A stretch of 64,000 nt of DNA, from contig CADANX010000002.1 of NCBI GenBank assembly GCA_902789425.1, positions 165,815 through 229,814 of the forward strand, read 5' to 3'. The notes under the pieces are model-generated. The model saw only the letters and a list, made by a program, of their open reading frames with translations. It was not told the DNA's origin and ran no database searches. The stretch's first letter is position 1, and every line of letters starts with the position of its first letter. This DNA is from an uncultured Erysipelotrichaceae bacterium (lineage in GTDB: Bacteria > Bacillota_I > Bacilli_A > RF39 > UBA660). Position numbers and translations under genes: made by a program. This document shows, in pieces, positions 41,455 to 50,829 of the stretch.

Positions 41455-41763
41455 ATGAAAAGATTTAATATGATTGATGAAAATTTTATATGTGAGAACT
41501 GTCATAAAGAAGTAAGTAAGCTTAATTATACAGCAAGAGATCATTGTAATTATTGTTTATATTCTAAACATGTAGATATTAATCCTGGAGACAGATTAAA
41601 TGAATGTAAAGGACTTTTAAAACCTATTTATGCAGAAAAATATAAAGATACTTATAAGATAGTATATAAATGTGAAAAGTGCGGAGAAACACATAAAAAT
41701 ATACTAGCAAGTGATGATAATTTTGACTTATTACTAGAAATAATAAAAGATAGCATTAACTAG
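41455..41763 (+). CDS. RNHCP domain-containing zinc-ribbon protein
   Basis: CENCHKE..., ARDHCNYCLYSKHVD, CEKCGE match the RNHCP pattern as I recall it. Confidence 0.55.
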   Translation: MKRFNMIDENFICENCHKEVSKLNYTARDHCNYCLYSKHVDINPGDRLNECKGLLKPIYAEKYKDTYKIVYKCEKCGETHKNILASDDNFDLLLEIIKDSIN

Positions 41764-42943
41764 CTATCTTTTTTATTAATAATATAATAATTAAAAATAA
41801 TATTGAAACAATTGTTATTAGAAATGGTGCACTAATACCTTTATCTGTTAGTGTTAATTGATTTTTACTATTATTTTCAAGTCTTTGTCTTTCATCTATT
41901 TTTTCTGCAAAAATAGTAGTTAATTTTTCATAAAAATCTTTTTCATTTCCTACCAAATTATCAAGTTCTTCTGGATGCTTATAATATCTATATATTTTAT
42001 TAAATATAGCATTAACATCAATATTAACATTTACATAATAAGTCTTATATTCTGCAGTAATAAGTTCTTTCATATCCTCATATTCATTTAGATAGTTTTC
42101 TTTTATTTCAGAATTTAATTCTTCCACATCTGCACTTAATTCTTCTTCTGATTTAAAATCATATAATTCATCATTTTCGTCGAATTCATTAATAGCATCG
42201 CTATTATCCATAACATCTTCATTATATGAATAACTCTCTGGAGTTTCAGTAGTACTTTCTCCCTTTTTAACATCATAATATGACTCGTAAATATTACCAT
42301 CCTTATCAAGAGCTAATTGATTATCAATATTAATATAAGTTAGATTCAATCCCTCAGCTTTTTTCAATAAAGATTTTAAACTATTTAATTCTTCTTTTGA
42401 TAAATTTGCGATTAGATTTTGATTACCTTTGTCATAAATATCATTAATATAAATCATATTTAATTCATTTTTATTTTCATATGACATATCATTAAGTATA
42501 TTATATGTATTATCTTCATATTTATCTGTTTGATATTTTTCATTATCATTTTGTTTTTCTTTAAGAGTACTTATAAGAGACTGACTATCATCATTACATA
42601 ATATTCTCTTTCTATTTAATTTTTTATCATAAAAAGCATATATTTCTTTTCCATTATTTAATAATTTATGATCGATATCCGTAATATCAATACCATATAC
42701 TTTTGATATTAAATCTTTTTCTTCCTCTTTCTTTTCTTTTTCTTTATCAATAAATTCATTAACAATTTTTTTCTTTTCTTCATAAGTTGTCACATTATCA
42801 ATATTGCTTAATAAATCGTAATAAATACTATTGTTTTTAAGTTCATTAATTGCATTAAGTTCTTCATTTGAATAAACATACTGACTATTATGTTTATTAA
42901 CAGAATAATTAATGTAATGGTTTAATTTGTCTTCTAAAGTCAT
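41756..42943 (-). CDS. hypothetical acidic tail-anchored protein, 395 aa
   Basis: AGGGAGG SD. Asp/Glu/Asn-rich. Single C-terminal TM (PFLITIVSILFLIIILLI). Confidence 0.5.
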   Translation of the reverse strand: MTLEDKLNHYINYSVNKHNSQYVYSNEELNAINELKNNSIYYDLLSNIDNVTTYEEKKKIVNEFIDKEKEKKEEEKDLISKVYGIDITDIDHKLLNNGKEIYAFYDKKLNRKRILCNDDSQSLISTLKEKQNDNEKYQTDKYEDNTYNILNDMSYENKNELNMIYINDIYDKGNQNLIANLSKEELNSLKSLLKKAEGLNLTYINIDNQLALDKDGNIYESYYDVKKGESTTETPESYSYNEDVMDNSDAINEFDENDELYDFKSEEELSADVEELNSEIKENYLNEYEDMKELITAEYKTYYVNVNIDVNAIFNKIYRYYKHPEELDNLVGNEKDFYEKLTTIFAEKIDERQRLENNSKNQLTLTDKGISAPFLITIVSILFLIIILLIKKIAS

Positions 42944-43006
42944 AATATTGCCTCCCTATTATATTTAAATTATAGCAAAAAAAATACTTTTAAAAAAGTA
43001 TTTACA

Positions 43007-43357
43007 TTAATTTTTTGCCTTAAATAAAATAGATGTTATAAATGCAAAAACAATAGTTGCACTTATACCTACAGTAGTGTAATTAAAAAAACCATTTAAA
43101 AATCCTATAAAGCCGCTTTGTTTAACTCCTAAAAAAGCACCATGCATAATTAAATGACCAAAACTAGTTATTACAATACTAGTTCCAGCGCCAAAATTAT
43201 CTTGAAAAAAATCATAAATTTTAAAAGTATCAAGCATTGAACCAAATATAACAAATAAGCAAATAATATGACCTGGTTTTAAGTTTGTATTATTTAAAAT
43301 AATCTCTGCTATCAAACAAACTACTCCAGCAAATATAAAAGAATATATATAACTCAT
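43007..43357 (-). CDS. spoVAE: stage V sporulation protein AE (SpoVAEB-type)
   Basis: 116-aa 4-TM protein. AGTSIVITSFGHL parallels the SpoVAC/AEB AGxxVPxTGFG motif. Last gene of the spoVAC-AD-AE triad. Confidence 0.8.
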   Translation of the reverse strand: MSYIYSFIFAGVVCLIAEIILNNTNLKPGHIICLFVIFGSMLDTFKIYDFFQDNFGAGTSIVITSFGHLIMHGAFLGVKQSGFIGFLNGFFNYTTVGISATIVFAFITSILFKAKN

Positions 43358-44334
43358 ATTACCTCCAAAGAAACTGCATGTGAAATACTTGGAATACTCA
43401 TTTTTTGATTAACAGATGTAACAGACATAAGTGCTCCTGTTGCAATTAATAAAACTCTCTTATATTTTTTACTAATCATTTGAGGAATAACATAAGAATT
43501 AGTCACTAAATTAATGCATGCTATTCCAGAACCTCCAGCAAGAACTCTTTTATCATTATTATCATAAATCATGCAAGCAGAATCTTCATAATTACTTAAA
43601 TAGTATCCAAAATTTTTATAAAAAAGTTCATTAAAAATAGTTTTTCCGTATTTACCTAAATCACCTGTTAAAATTAAATCATAATATTCTGGTTTTAAAT
43701 TTAATTCTTTTAAATGAGTAATAAAAGTTTCATAGGCAGATGGTGCCATAACTTTACCCATATTAAGTGAATCTTTAACATCAAAGTCTACTACTTTTCC
43801 TATAGTTGCTGTAGTTATTTTTATATTACTCTTCTTATTTGAAATTAAACAAGATGCAGATCCAGTTACTGTAAAAGTTTGATACTTCTTTTTTTGATAT
43901 CCATACTCTACTGGATTTCTATATTGTCTTTCTGCTGTTAAATTATTTGATGATGTAGCTGTTATAATATTATTCATTTTTTTACTATCTATTAAAGTGC
44001 TTGCTAAAATTAATTCTTCACAAAATGAAGCACAAGCATTATATACTCCAAAAAAAGGAATATTAAAATGATTCATCATAAAATTTGATATCATTAATTG
44101 ATTAAGTAAGTCTGATGAAATTATTAAATCTATATCATTTTCACTTTTATTACATTTACCTAGTAATATATTAATACATTTTATATAGTTTTTAATTTCA
44201 CATTTTTCAAAAGTTTCTTCATTATCATAATAATCAGTAAAAGTTTCATCATATTTAAAAGGTCCATAAATAACATATGGTCCTGCTACTGTAGACACTT
44301 CATTTATATATGAATTATTGTATTTTAGAGTCAT
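43354..44334 (-). CDS. spoVAD: stage V sporulation protein AD (thiolase-fold)
   Basis: Size and position between spoVAC and spoVAE. N-terminal VSTVAGPYVIYGPF... and thiolase-like FGVYNACASF, GGSGIAC. Confidence 0.8.
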   Translation of the reverse strand: MTLKYNNSYINEVSTVAGPYVIYGPFKYDETFTDYYDNEETFEKCEIKNYIKCINILLGKCNKSENDIDLIISSDLLNQLMISNFMMNHFNIPFFGVYNACASFCEELILASTLIDSKKMNNIITATSSNNLTAERQYRNPVEYGYQKKKYQTFTVTGSASCLISNKKSNIKITTATIGKVVDFDVKDSLNMGKVMAPSAYETFITHLKELNLKPEYYDLILTGDLGKYGKTIFNELFYKNFGYYLSNYEDSACMIYDNNDKRVLAGGSGIACINLVTNSYVIPQMISKKYKRVLLIATGALMSVTSVNQKMSIPSISHAVSLEVI

Positions 44335-44335
44335 A

Positions 44336-44776
44336 TTAAATCTCTAATAGTAAATACCTTATTAGTCCAAAAAAGAATGAAGAAACAACAGCATACAATA
44401 TTACAGAACCAGATAATTTAAATATATTAGAACCTATACCAAAAATAAAACCTTCTTTTCTATATTCTAGTGCACTCGACGTTGTTGAATGAGCAAATCC
44501 TGTTATAGGAATAAATAAGCCTGCACCACATATTTCAACTAAATTATCAAAAACACCAAGTCCAGTTAAAATACTAGTTATAAAAATGACTATTATAAGC
44601 ATCAAACTAATAGAATCATTATAAGATAAATAAAAATAATTAATAAATATATTTGTAAGTAGTTCAGCAACAAATCCCATAAGTCCACCAATAAAAAAAG
44701 AAATAACATACCTTTTTAAATGACTTTCTTTTGGCATTACTTTATCACAAATATTATTATATTCTTCTTTTGTCAT
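44336..44776 (-). CDS. spoVAC: stage V sporulation protein AC
   Basis: MTKEEYNNICDKVMPK..., LTGLGVFDNLVEICGAGLFIPITGFAHS closely parallels B. subtilis SpoVAC. The start is set at 44776 because the trpS terminator lies inside the longer ORF. Confidence 0.85.
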   Translation of the reverse strand: MTKEEYNNICDKVMPKESHLKRYVISFFIGGLMGFVAELLTNIFINYFYLSYNDSISLMLIIVIFITSILTGLGVFDNLVEICGAGLFIPITGFAHSTTSSALEYRKEGFIFGIGSNIFKLSGSVILYAVVSSFFFGLIRYLLLEI

Positions 44777-44799
44777 AATTTCACCATTTATATTTTTAA

Positions 44800-44833
44800 C
44801 TAAAAAGAAAAAAATATTCAAAAAATGAATATT
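44800..44833 (-). terminator. intrinsic terminator after trpS
   Basis: AATATTCA (44813-44820) / TGAATATT (44826-44833) hairpin followed on the minus strand by U7. Confidence 0.6.
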
Positions 44834-45871
44834 TTATTCAAAATAATTAATACCAATAGCTTCTTTTACTTCTTTTAAAGTATTACTAGCAACTTTTCTA
44901 GCATTTATAGTTCCTTCTTTAAGTATTTCTTTTACTTTATCAATATTTTCTTCATAGTATTTTCTTTTTTCTCTAATAGGACTTAAAACTTCTTCAAGTA
45001 TATTATATAAAACTTTTTTAATAACTACATCACCAAGTCCACCTTGAGTATATTTTTCCTTCATTTCTTGTAATGAATTAAAATCAGAATATTTCTTTAT
45101 TAATTCGTCATTTGAAAATACATCAAGATACATAAATACAACATTACCATCTACTTTACCAGGATCATCTACTTTAATATGATCAGGATCAGTATACATA
45201 CTCATTACCTTTTTATATACATCTTCTGAGTTATCACATAAATATATACAATTTCCAAGACTCTTACTCATTTTAGCTTTTCCATCTAAACCAGGAAGTC
45301 TTTGTGATAATTCATTTTTTGGAAGTAAAGCTTCTGATTTTACTAATACTTCTTTATTATAAATTCTATTAAATGAGCTTACTATTTCATTAGCTTGTTC
45401 TATCATAGGTAATTGATCATTACCAACTGGTATAAGATTTGCTTTAAAAGCTGTAATATCGGCTGTTTGACTAACAGGATATGTTAAAAATCCTACAGGA
45501 ATTGATTTTTCAAAACCTTTTTGTTTTATTTCATTTTTAACAGTTGGATTCCTTTCAAGTCTTGATAAAGTAACTAAATTCATATAATAAAATGTAAGTT
45601 CTGTTAGTTCAGATACTTCAGATTGTATAAAAATATTTACTTTTTTAGGATCTATCCCAACAGATAAATAATCAAGAGCAACATTTAAAACATTTTCTCT
45701 TACTTTCTTTGGATTATCAAAATTATCAGTTAATGCTTGAGCATCAGCAATCATAACATACATATTATATTTATCTTCATTTTGTAATTCAACTCTATTT
45801 TTTAAAGAGCCAACATAATGTCCTAAATGAAGATGACCAGTGGGTCTATCCCCAGTTAAAATTGTTTTCAT
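44834..45871 (-). CDS. trpS: tryptophan--tRNA ligase
   Basis: HIGH-type GHLHLGHYVG, KMSKS, overall class Ic size (345 aa). Confidence 0.93.
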   Translation of the reverse strand: MKTILTGDRPTGHLHLGHYVGSLKNRVELQNEDKYNMYVMIADAQALTDNFDNPKKVRENVLNVALDYLSVGIDPKKVNIFIQSEVSELTELTFYYMNLVTLSRLERNPTVKNEIKQKGFEKSIPVGFLTYPVSQTADITAFKANLIPVGNDQLPMIEQANEIVSSFNRIYNKEVLVKSEALLPKNELSQRLPGLDGKAKMSKSLGNCIYLCDNSEDVYKKVMSMYTDPDHIKVDDPGKVDGNVVFMYLDVFSNDELIKKYSDFNSLQEMKEKYTQGGLGDVVIKKVLYNILEEVLSPIREKRKYYEENIDKVKEILKEGTINARKVASNTLKEVKEAIGINYFE

Positions 45872-45875
45872 ATTA

Positions 45876-47024
45876 TCACCTATGCCTTCCTTTATATTCT
45901 ATTGTTTCTACTTTCATCATTTGTTTTAAATTAATTTCATTTCTAAGTAAATCTATTTTATTTTGAATGAGTGAAACATAATCAATATCTAAATATTTTG
46001 CATAATTATGAAGAAGCATACTTTCTAGTCTATCTAGTTCACCTAAAACATAAGCTGTTCCTTCATCATCTGTTTCATCATCTAATACTATTTTAACTTG
46101 TTTTAATAAAATATTCAATTTTTTATTAATATTATTTTTAGCAAGAGACTCAATAAATGTTGGTTCACTTATTGCTACTTTGCTTACAGATGACAATTCT
46201 TTTCTATTTACTTCTTTTTTTGGCATAAAATTAAATTGATTTGTAATATTAAATATTACATCTTTCTTTACACTTTTATCATCTATTAATGCGTATTTAC
46301 CAATTTTAATTACTTTTCTTTCTTCTTTATTACCCTTTACATATTCATTTTCTTTTATTTCTTTTACTAGTAAATCTGGTCTTTTTTCTTTTGTTGCTCT
46401 AATTGCTTCTGCTTTTCTCCATTCATCAATTTTTTTATGATCACCAGATAAAAGTACATCAGGAACTTTCATTCCATTAAATTCTCTTGGTTTTGTATAT
46501 GTTGGATAATCAAGTAAATTATCTTCAAAAGATTCTTTTTCGTGTGATTCTTCTTCAATAACACCAGGCAGTAATCTTGTAATTGAATCAGTAATAACCA
46601 TACTAGGAAGTTCGCCACCAGTAAGTACATAATCACCAATACTAAGTTCCATATCACAAATACTGCTTATTCTTTCATCAAAACCTTCATAATGACCGCA
46701 AATAAATAATAGATCTTCCTCTTTTGCAAGACTTTTAGCAAGTCTTTGAGTAAAAGGAATTCCTTGAGGAGATAACATGATTACTTTAGTATTATCTTTT
46801 TTAAGTTCATTAATTGCATTAAAAACAGGTTCACACTTAAGTACCATTCCATGGCCACCGCCATATGGAGTATCATCAACATGTTTATGTTTATCAGATG
46901 TATAATCTCTTAAATTTTTAATATTAATTTCAACTTTTTTATTATCAATAGCTCTTTTAATAATTGATTCATCTAAAAAGCCATTAAACATATTTGGAAA
47001 AAGTGTTAATATATTAATTCTCAT
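45876..47024 (-). CDS. trmD: tRNA (guanine37-N1)-methyltransferase TrmD with ~160-aa C-terminal extension
   Basis: TrmD core MRINILTLFPNMF...YGGGHGMVL...ICGHYEGFDERI...GDYVLTGGELP ends near aa 220. The ORF continues without a stop to aa 382. Confidence 0.9.
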   Translation of the reverse strand: MRINILTLFPNMFNGFLDESIIKRAIDNKKVEINIKNLRDYTSDKHKHVDDTPYGGGHGMVLKCEPVFNAINELKKDNTKVIMLSPQGIPFTQRLAKSLAKEEDLLFICGHYEGFDERISSICDMELSIGDYVLTGGELPSMVITDSITRLLPGVIEEESHEKESFEDNLLDYPTYTKPREFNGMKVPDVLLSGDHKKIDEWRKAEAIRATKEKRPDLLVKEIKENEYVKGNKEERKVIKIGKYALIDDKSVKKDVIFNITNQFNFMPKKEVNRKELSSVSKVAISEPTFIESLAKNNINKKLNILLKQVKIVLDDETDDEGTAYVLGELDRLESMLLHNYAKYLDIDYVSLIQNKIDLLRNEINLKQMMKVETIEYKGRHR

Positions 47025-47497
47025 AATAATCCCCCAATATTTTTAATAGTTATTTGTTTGTTTTCTTCATCTATATTTTCTACAAATGATTCAACATATG
47101 GTATTAATACTTTACCTACTCTAAGCACTTCATTTGCGGGTGTATTCATTATTTCAGTAACTTTACCAATAATTTTACCATCTATTATAACATCAAATCC
47201 AATTAATTTATAGGATAAAAATTCATTTTTTAATTTAATATCATCAATATTAACAAAAACACTTCTTCCCTTTAAAAATTCTACTTCATTAATATTTGTT
47301 ATTCCTTTAAAAATAACCATATCAAATATTTTGTGGTGTCTATATGAATTTACTATATACTTATCTTTATTTTCTCCAACATAAAACTTCATATCTTTTT
47401 TAAAGACAGCCTCTTTTTGTCTAAAGTCAGATATGATTCTAAGTTCTCCTTTTATTCCATGAGTATTAACAATTTTACCAATTCTAATATATTTCAT
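47021..47497 (-). CDS. rimM: 16S rRNA processing protein RimM
   Basis: IRIGKIVNTHGIKGELRI and a PRC-barrel C-terminus. ATGA overlap with trmD. Confidence 0.85.
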   Translation of the reverse strand: MKYIRIGKIVNTHGIKGELRIISDFRQKEAVFKKDMKFYVGENKDKYIVNSYRHHKIFDMVIFKGITNINEVEFLKGRSVFVNIDDIKLKNEFLSYKLIGFDVIIDGKIIGKVTEIMNTPANEVLRVGKVLIPYVESFVENIDEENKQITIKNIGGLL

Positions 47498-47514
47498 ATT
47501 AACACCTTCTTTTA

Positions 47515-48240
47515 TTATTTATTTAATTCATATAATATTATAGAAGTAGCAACAGCAACATTAAGGCTTTCACATTTATCATTCATAGTAATATATATAT
47601 TAAAGTCAGATAAATCTTGTAAATCAGCACTTACACCATTTCCTTCATTGCCCATTATTATAGCATATTTTTCATTAGTTTTAACATTTTTAACGTCATT
47701 TCCATTATTAACATTTGTTGAATAAATTTTATATCCATCTTTTTTTAATAAAGATACAAACTCTATTAAATCTTTTCTTATTATATTTATATAAAAATTA
47801 TTTCCTTGAGCTGCTCTTAAAACTTTAGAATTATATAAATCTACAGATTTATTATTTAAGACAATAGTATCAACATTAAATGCAACAGCACTTCTTATAA
47901 TAGTTCCTAAATTACCTGGATCTTGTATATTATCAAGCAATAATACTTTATTACCTATTTCATCATTTTCTTTTATATTACATATTCCAATTACATTATA
48001 AGGAGTTTCAAGTTCACTAATACTTTTAATCACATCTTTTGTAACAAATATTTTATTAACATCCATATCATAATCATATCCATCACAAATAATTAAAGTT
48101 TCTAAATTACCACTCTTATAAGCTTCTAATGCAAGATGTTCTCCTTCAACTAAAAACTTTTTTTCTTTATCTCTATGTTTTTTTTCTTTTAATTTTCTAA
48201 TTTCTTTAATTCTTTCATTATTAACTGATTCTATAACCAT
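47515..48240 (-). CDS. TrmH/SpoU-family RNA 2'-O-methyltransferase
   Basis: DNIQDPGNLGTIIRSA, IIMGNEGNGVS, LNVAVATSIILYE. Confidence 0.8.
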   Translation of the reverse strand: MVIESVNNERIKEIRKLKEKKHRDKEKKFLVEGEHLALEAYKSGNLETLIICDGYDYDMDVNKIFVTKDVIKSISELETPYNVIGICNIKENDEIGNKVLLLDNIQDPGNLGTIIRSAVAFNVDTIVLNNKSVDLYNSKVLRAAQGNNFYINIIRKDLIEFVSLLKKDGYKIYSTNVNNGNDVKNVKTNEKYAIIMGNEGNGVSADLQDLSDFNIYITMNDKCESLNVAVATSIILYELNK

Positions 48241-48241
48241 A

Positions 48242-48877
48242 TTAACTCCTCATTTCTTTTCTTATTTTTTTGTAATTAGGATAGTTTTCTTCAACTAAAT
48301 TCCAAAAATCTTTACTATGATTAAAATGAATAAAATGTGATAATTCATGAACTATTACATAATCAAGCCAAGATATATCATGATAAATAAGTTCACTATT
48401 TAATGTTACTTTTTTATCTCTTTTATTATTTACTCCCCATCTTGTAGTCATCTTTCTTATAGTTAATTTGGGATAAGGAATTTTCATAGAAAAATTATCA
48501 TACCAGTAATCAATCTTTTCTTTATATATTTTTTCTCTTTCTTTTTTATAAAATTTTTCTATATCTTTTTCATTTTTAACATATAATGTGTCATTTTCAA
48601 TATAAGGTTCTTTTACAATATTAATTATTACAACATTTATTTCTTTTCCAAGATAATAATTCTTTTGACTATTTTCATTTTTAATAAGCATTTTATCTAT
48701 CATTTTATTTATTGATACTCTATTATTTTTTATTAAATTATCAATCATAAAATTTGGTGTTAATTTACTAGTTGTAACATATATTTTTAAATCTTCTTTA
48801 ACTCTTATATATGTATTCTTTTGATTTTTCTTTAAAACAATAACATCAAAATCTTTATTATTATAATTATAAGTCAT
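48242..48877 (-). CDS. YgjP/DUF45-family metal-dependent hydrolase
   Basis: TTRWG..., VIVHELSHFIHFNHSKDFW...NYP. ATG at 48877 follows GGTGA. Confidence 0.7.
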   Translation of the reverse strand: MTYNYNNKDFDVIVLKKNQKNTYIRVKEDLKIYVTTSKLTPNFMIDNLIKNNRVSINKMIDKMLIKNENSQKNYYLGKEINVVIINIVKEPYIENDTLYVKNEKDIEKFYKKEREKIYKEKIDYWYDNFSMKIPYPKLTIRKMTTRWGVNNKRDKKVTLNSELIYHDISWLDYVIVHELSHFIHFNHSKDFWNLVEENYPNYKKIRKEMRS

Positions 48878-48902
48878 AATAATCACCAAATATATTTTAT
48901 CA

Positions 48903-48939
48903 TAAAAAAAATTAAAACTTAAGTATTTATACTTAAGTT
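48903..48939 (-). terminator. intrinsic terminator after the 319-aa gene
   Basis: AACTTAAGTA...TACTTAAGTT palindrome (48916-48939) followed on the minus strand by a U-rich run. Confidence 0.55.
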
Positions 48940-49885
48940 ATTTATTAATAGTAAGTCTTTTTGTTCTTTCTAAAGTATTATCACTAGTAATATAATATTC
49001 TCTTTCATATGAATTACCTAAACATACTAGTGTATTTCCTACTTTTATATAATCATAATCATCAAATACTAAATGAATATTTTTAGTTAATAATTCGTTT
49101 GCTGACTCTCTATCTATTTCTCCAAGAAAAACAGATGGTTCTTTTTTATTCGAAACTAAATCTATTTCATCTATATTAAGTGAAAAATCAATTAAATATG
49201 TCACATCTTTATTATCTTCTTTATCAAAAAATGAAATTATATTAAAAGCATGATTGGTTTCTATATCATTATCTTTCTCTTTTCCAATAACATAAATAAT
49301 ATCATAGTCAAAAAACGATAATATATTTTGAGCTAAAACAGCATATTCACTACATCTAGCATTACCTTTATTTTTAAATAAACTAAATCTATTTTCAAAT
49401 GTTTTATCATATACATTATAATCATTTTTATATATCATACTAAGCATTTCTTCTCTATCTTGTGTACTAATAACTTTAAAATAATTACGAATAAATTTTA
49501 AAACATAATCAAAAAATACATAATCATTTAAAACTTCTTTATCTTTAATATATTTACAAAAATCTAAAATATAATCATCAGTATCTAAATAATAATAAGA
49601 TCCATTATTTGATACTAATTTAGTATAATTATATGAAAGTCCATAAACAATTTTCATGTTCTTTTTTATATATCCCTCATAACCACATATTACATCTAAA
49701 GAGAAAAAATCACCATCACTATGATTATTAATATCGAACTTTGGATTTTCATCAAGTTTAAAACCAATTACATTTGTATTATTATTGTAATTATCACTTT
49801 CAGTTGAAATATAATCTATTTTTTCTTTTACTAGACTTTCAAGATTATTATCAGAAATATTTTTTATTTCATTTAAAAAATCCAT
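48938..49885 (-). CDS. hypothetical protein with possible transglutaminase-like Cys-His-Asp core
   Basis: GNARCSEYAVLAQNIL...IETNHAFNII...TYLIDFS spacing resembles the papain-like TGase core. Weak call. Confidence 0.35.
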   Translation of the reverse strand: MDFLNEIKNISDNNLESLVKEKIDYISTESDNYNNNTNVIGFKLDENPKFDINNHSDGDFFSLDVICGYEGYIKKNMKIVYGLSYNYTKLVSNNGSYYYLDTDDYILDFCKYIKDKEVLNDYVFFDYVLKFIRNYFKVISTQDREEMLSMIYKNDYNVYDKTFENRFSLFKNKGNARCSEYAVLAQNILSFFDYDIIYVIGKEKDNDIETNHAFNIISFFDKEDNKDVTYLIDFSLNIDEIDLVSNKKEPSVFLGEIDRESANELLTKNIHLVFDDYDYIKVGNTLVCLGNSYEREYYITSDNTLERTKRLTINK

Positions 49886-49956
49886 TTTAATCACCAACTT
49901 CTTGTTTTGTTATATTAGCATATTAAAATAGATTTATCAATTATTATAAATTAATC

Positions 49957-50781
49957 TTATTTATTATTTACAAAATCAACTAATTTAGCATGAACAACAA
50001 CTCTATATTTACTACCCGAACAAGTAGATAATGTAATTATTTTATCATCTTTTGATACTTCTTGATTAAAGTTAAATATACTTCTTGATTTTAATGTATT
50101 TATAAAATCGTAAAAATCTTCATCTGTTAAAAATTTATTATTTAAATAATATTCTTCTGCTTCTATTCTATAAACAGAAAAAATAGTATATTTATAATTA
50201 CCTTCTTCAGTAATATAAATCATATCAAACTTATTTTGATTATACCAATCATCAGTAAGTACTTGATATAAATTACCAAACATACTTTTATTCTTCATAT
50301 TATGACCAAATAAGGTAATATTCTTATCGGTACCATCTAATCTATTAAGATAATTAGCAAATATCCATCCACCTTTATTATATTGTTTATTAAAATTATG
50401 ATTTAGATAATAATCATTATCATTACCTTTAACTACTGGATATTCTATAGATGGATTTTTCATTATAAAGTATCCAACTGTTTCTGAATTTTCTTTCTTC
50501 AAAGCATCAAAATCAACTTTGATTACTTCTTCACCTTTTTTATTTTTCTTTTTAGTTACTTTTTCTTTTACTTTATGAGCAATAGTATCATTATTTTTAT
50601 TATCAAAATACCAAGATGCAATATTATAAATTGAAATACTAATAATTATTGCTAAAATAATTTTTATTATAAAAATAACAACATTTTTTTTATTTAATCT
50701 TTTATGAATCTTCTTTTCATTTAAAGGTTCTTTTTTTTCTACTGTTTTATTTTTTTTATTATTCTTTTCGGATTTTTTCAT
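49957..50781 (-). CDS. srtB: class B sortase
   Basis: N-terminal TM anchor, ITLFGHNM (His), ITLSTC (Cys), YRVVVHAKL (Arg). Adjacent to a cell-wall-sorting-signal protein. Confidence 0.85.
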   Translation of the reverse strand: MKKSEKNNKKNKTVEKKEPLNEKKIHKRLNKKNVVIFIIKIILAIIISISIYNIASWYFDNKNNDTIAHKVKEKVTKKKNKKGEEVIKVDFDALKKENSETVGYFIMKNPSIEYPVVKGNDNDYYLNHNFNKQYNKGGWIFANYLNRLDGTDKNITLFGHNMKNKSMFGNLYQVLTDDWYNQNKFDMIYITEEGNYKYTIFSVYRIEAEEYYLNNKFLTDEDFYDFINTLKSRSIFNFNQEVSKDDKIITLSTCSGSKYRVVVHAKLVDFVNNK

Positions 50782-50794
50782 AAAACATCTCCTT

Positions 50795-50824
50795 AATATA
50801 AAACTAGCATTTTAAATGCTAGTT
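50795..50824 (-). terminator. hairpin/terminator between the surface-protein gene and srtB
   Basis: AACTAGCATT...AATGCTAGTT palindrome (50802-50824) followed on the minus strand by UUUUAUAUU, then the srtB SD AAGGAG. Confidence 0.55.
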
Positions 50825-50829
50825 ATTTA

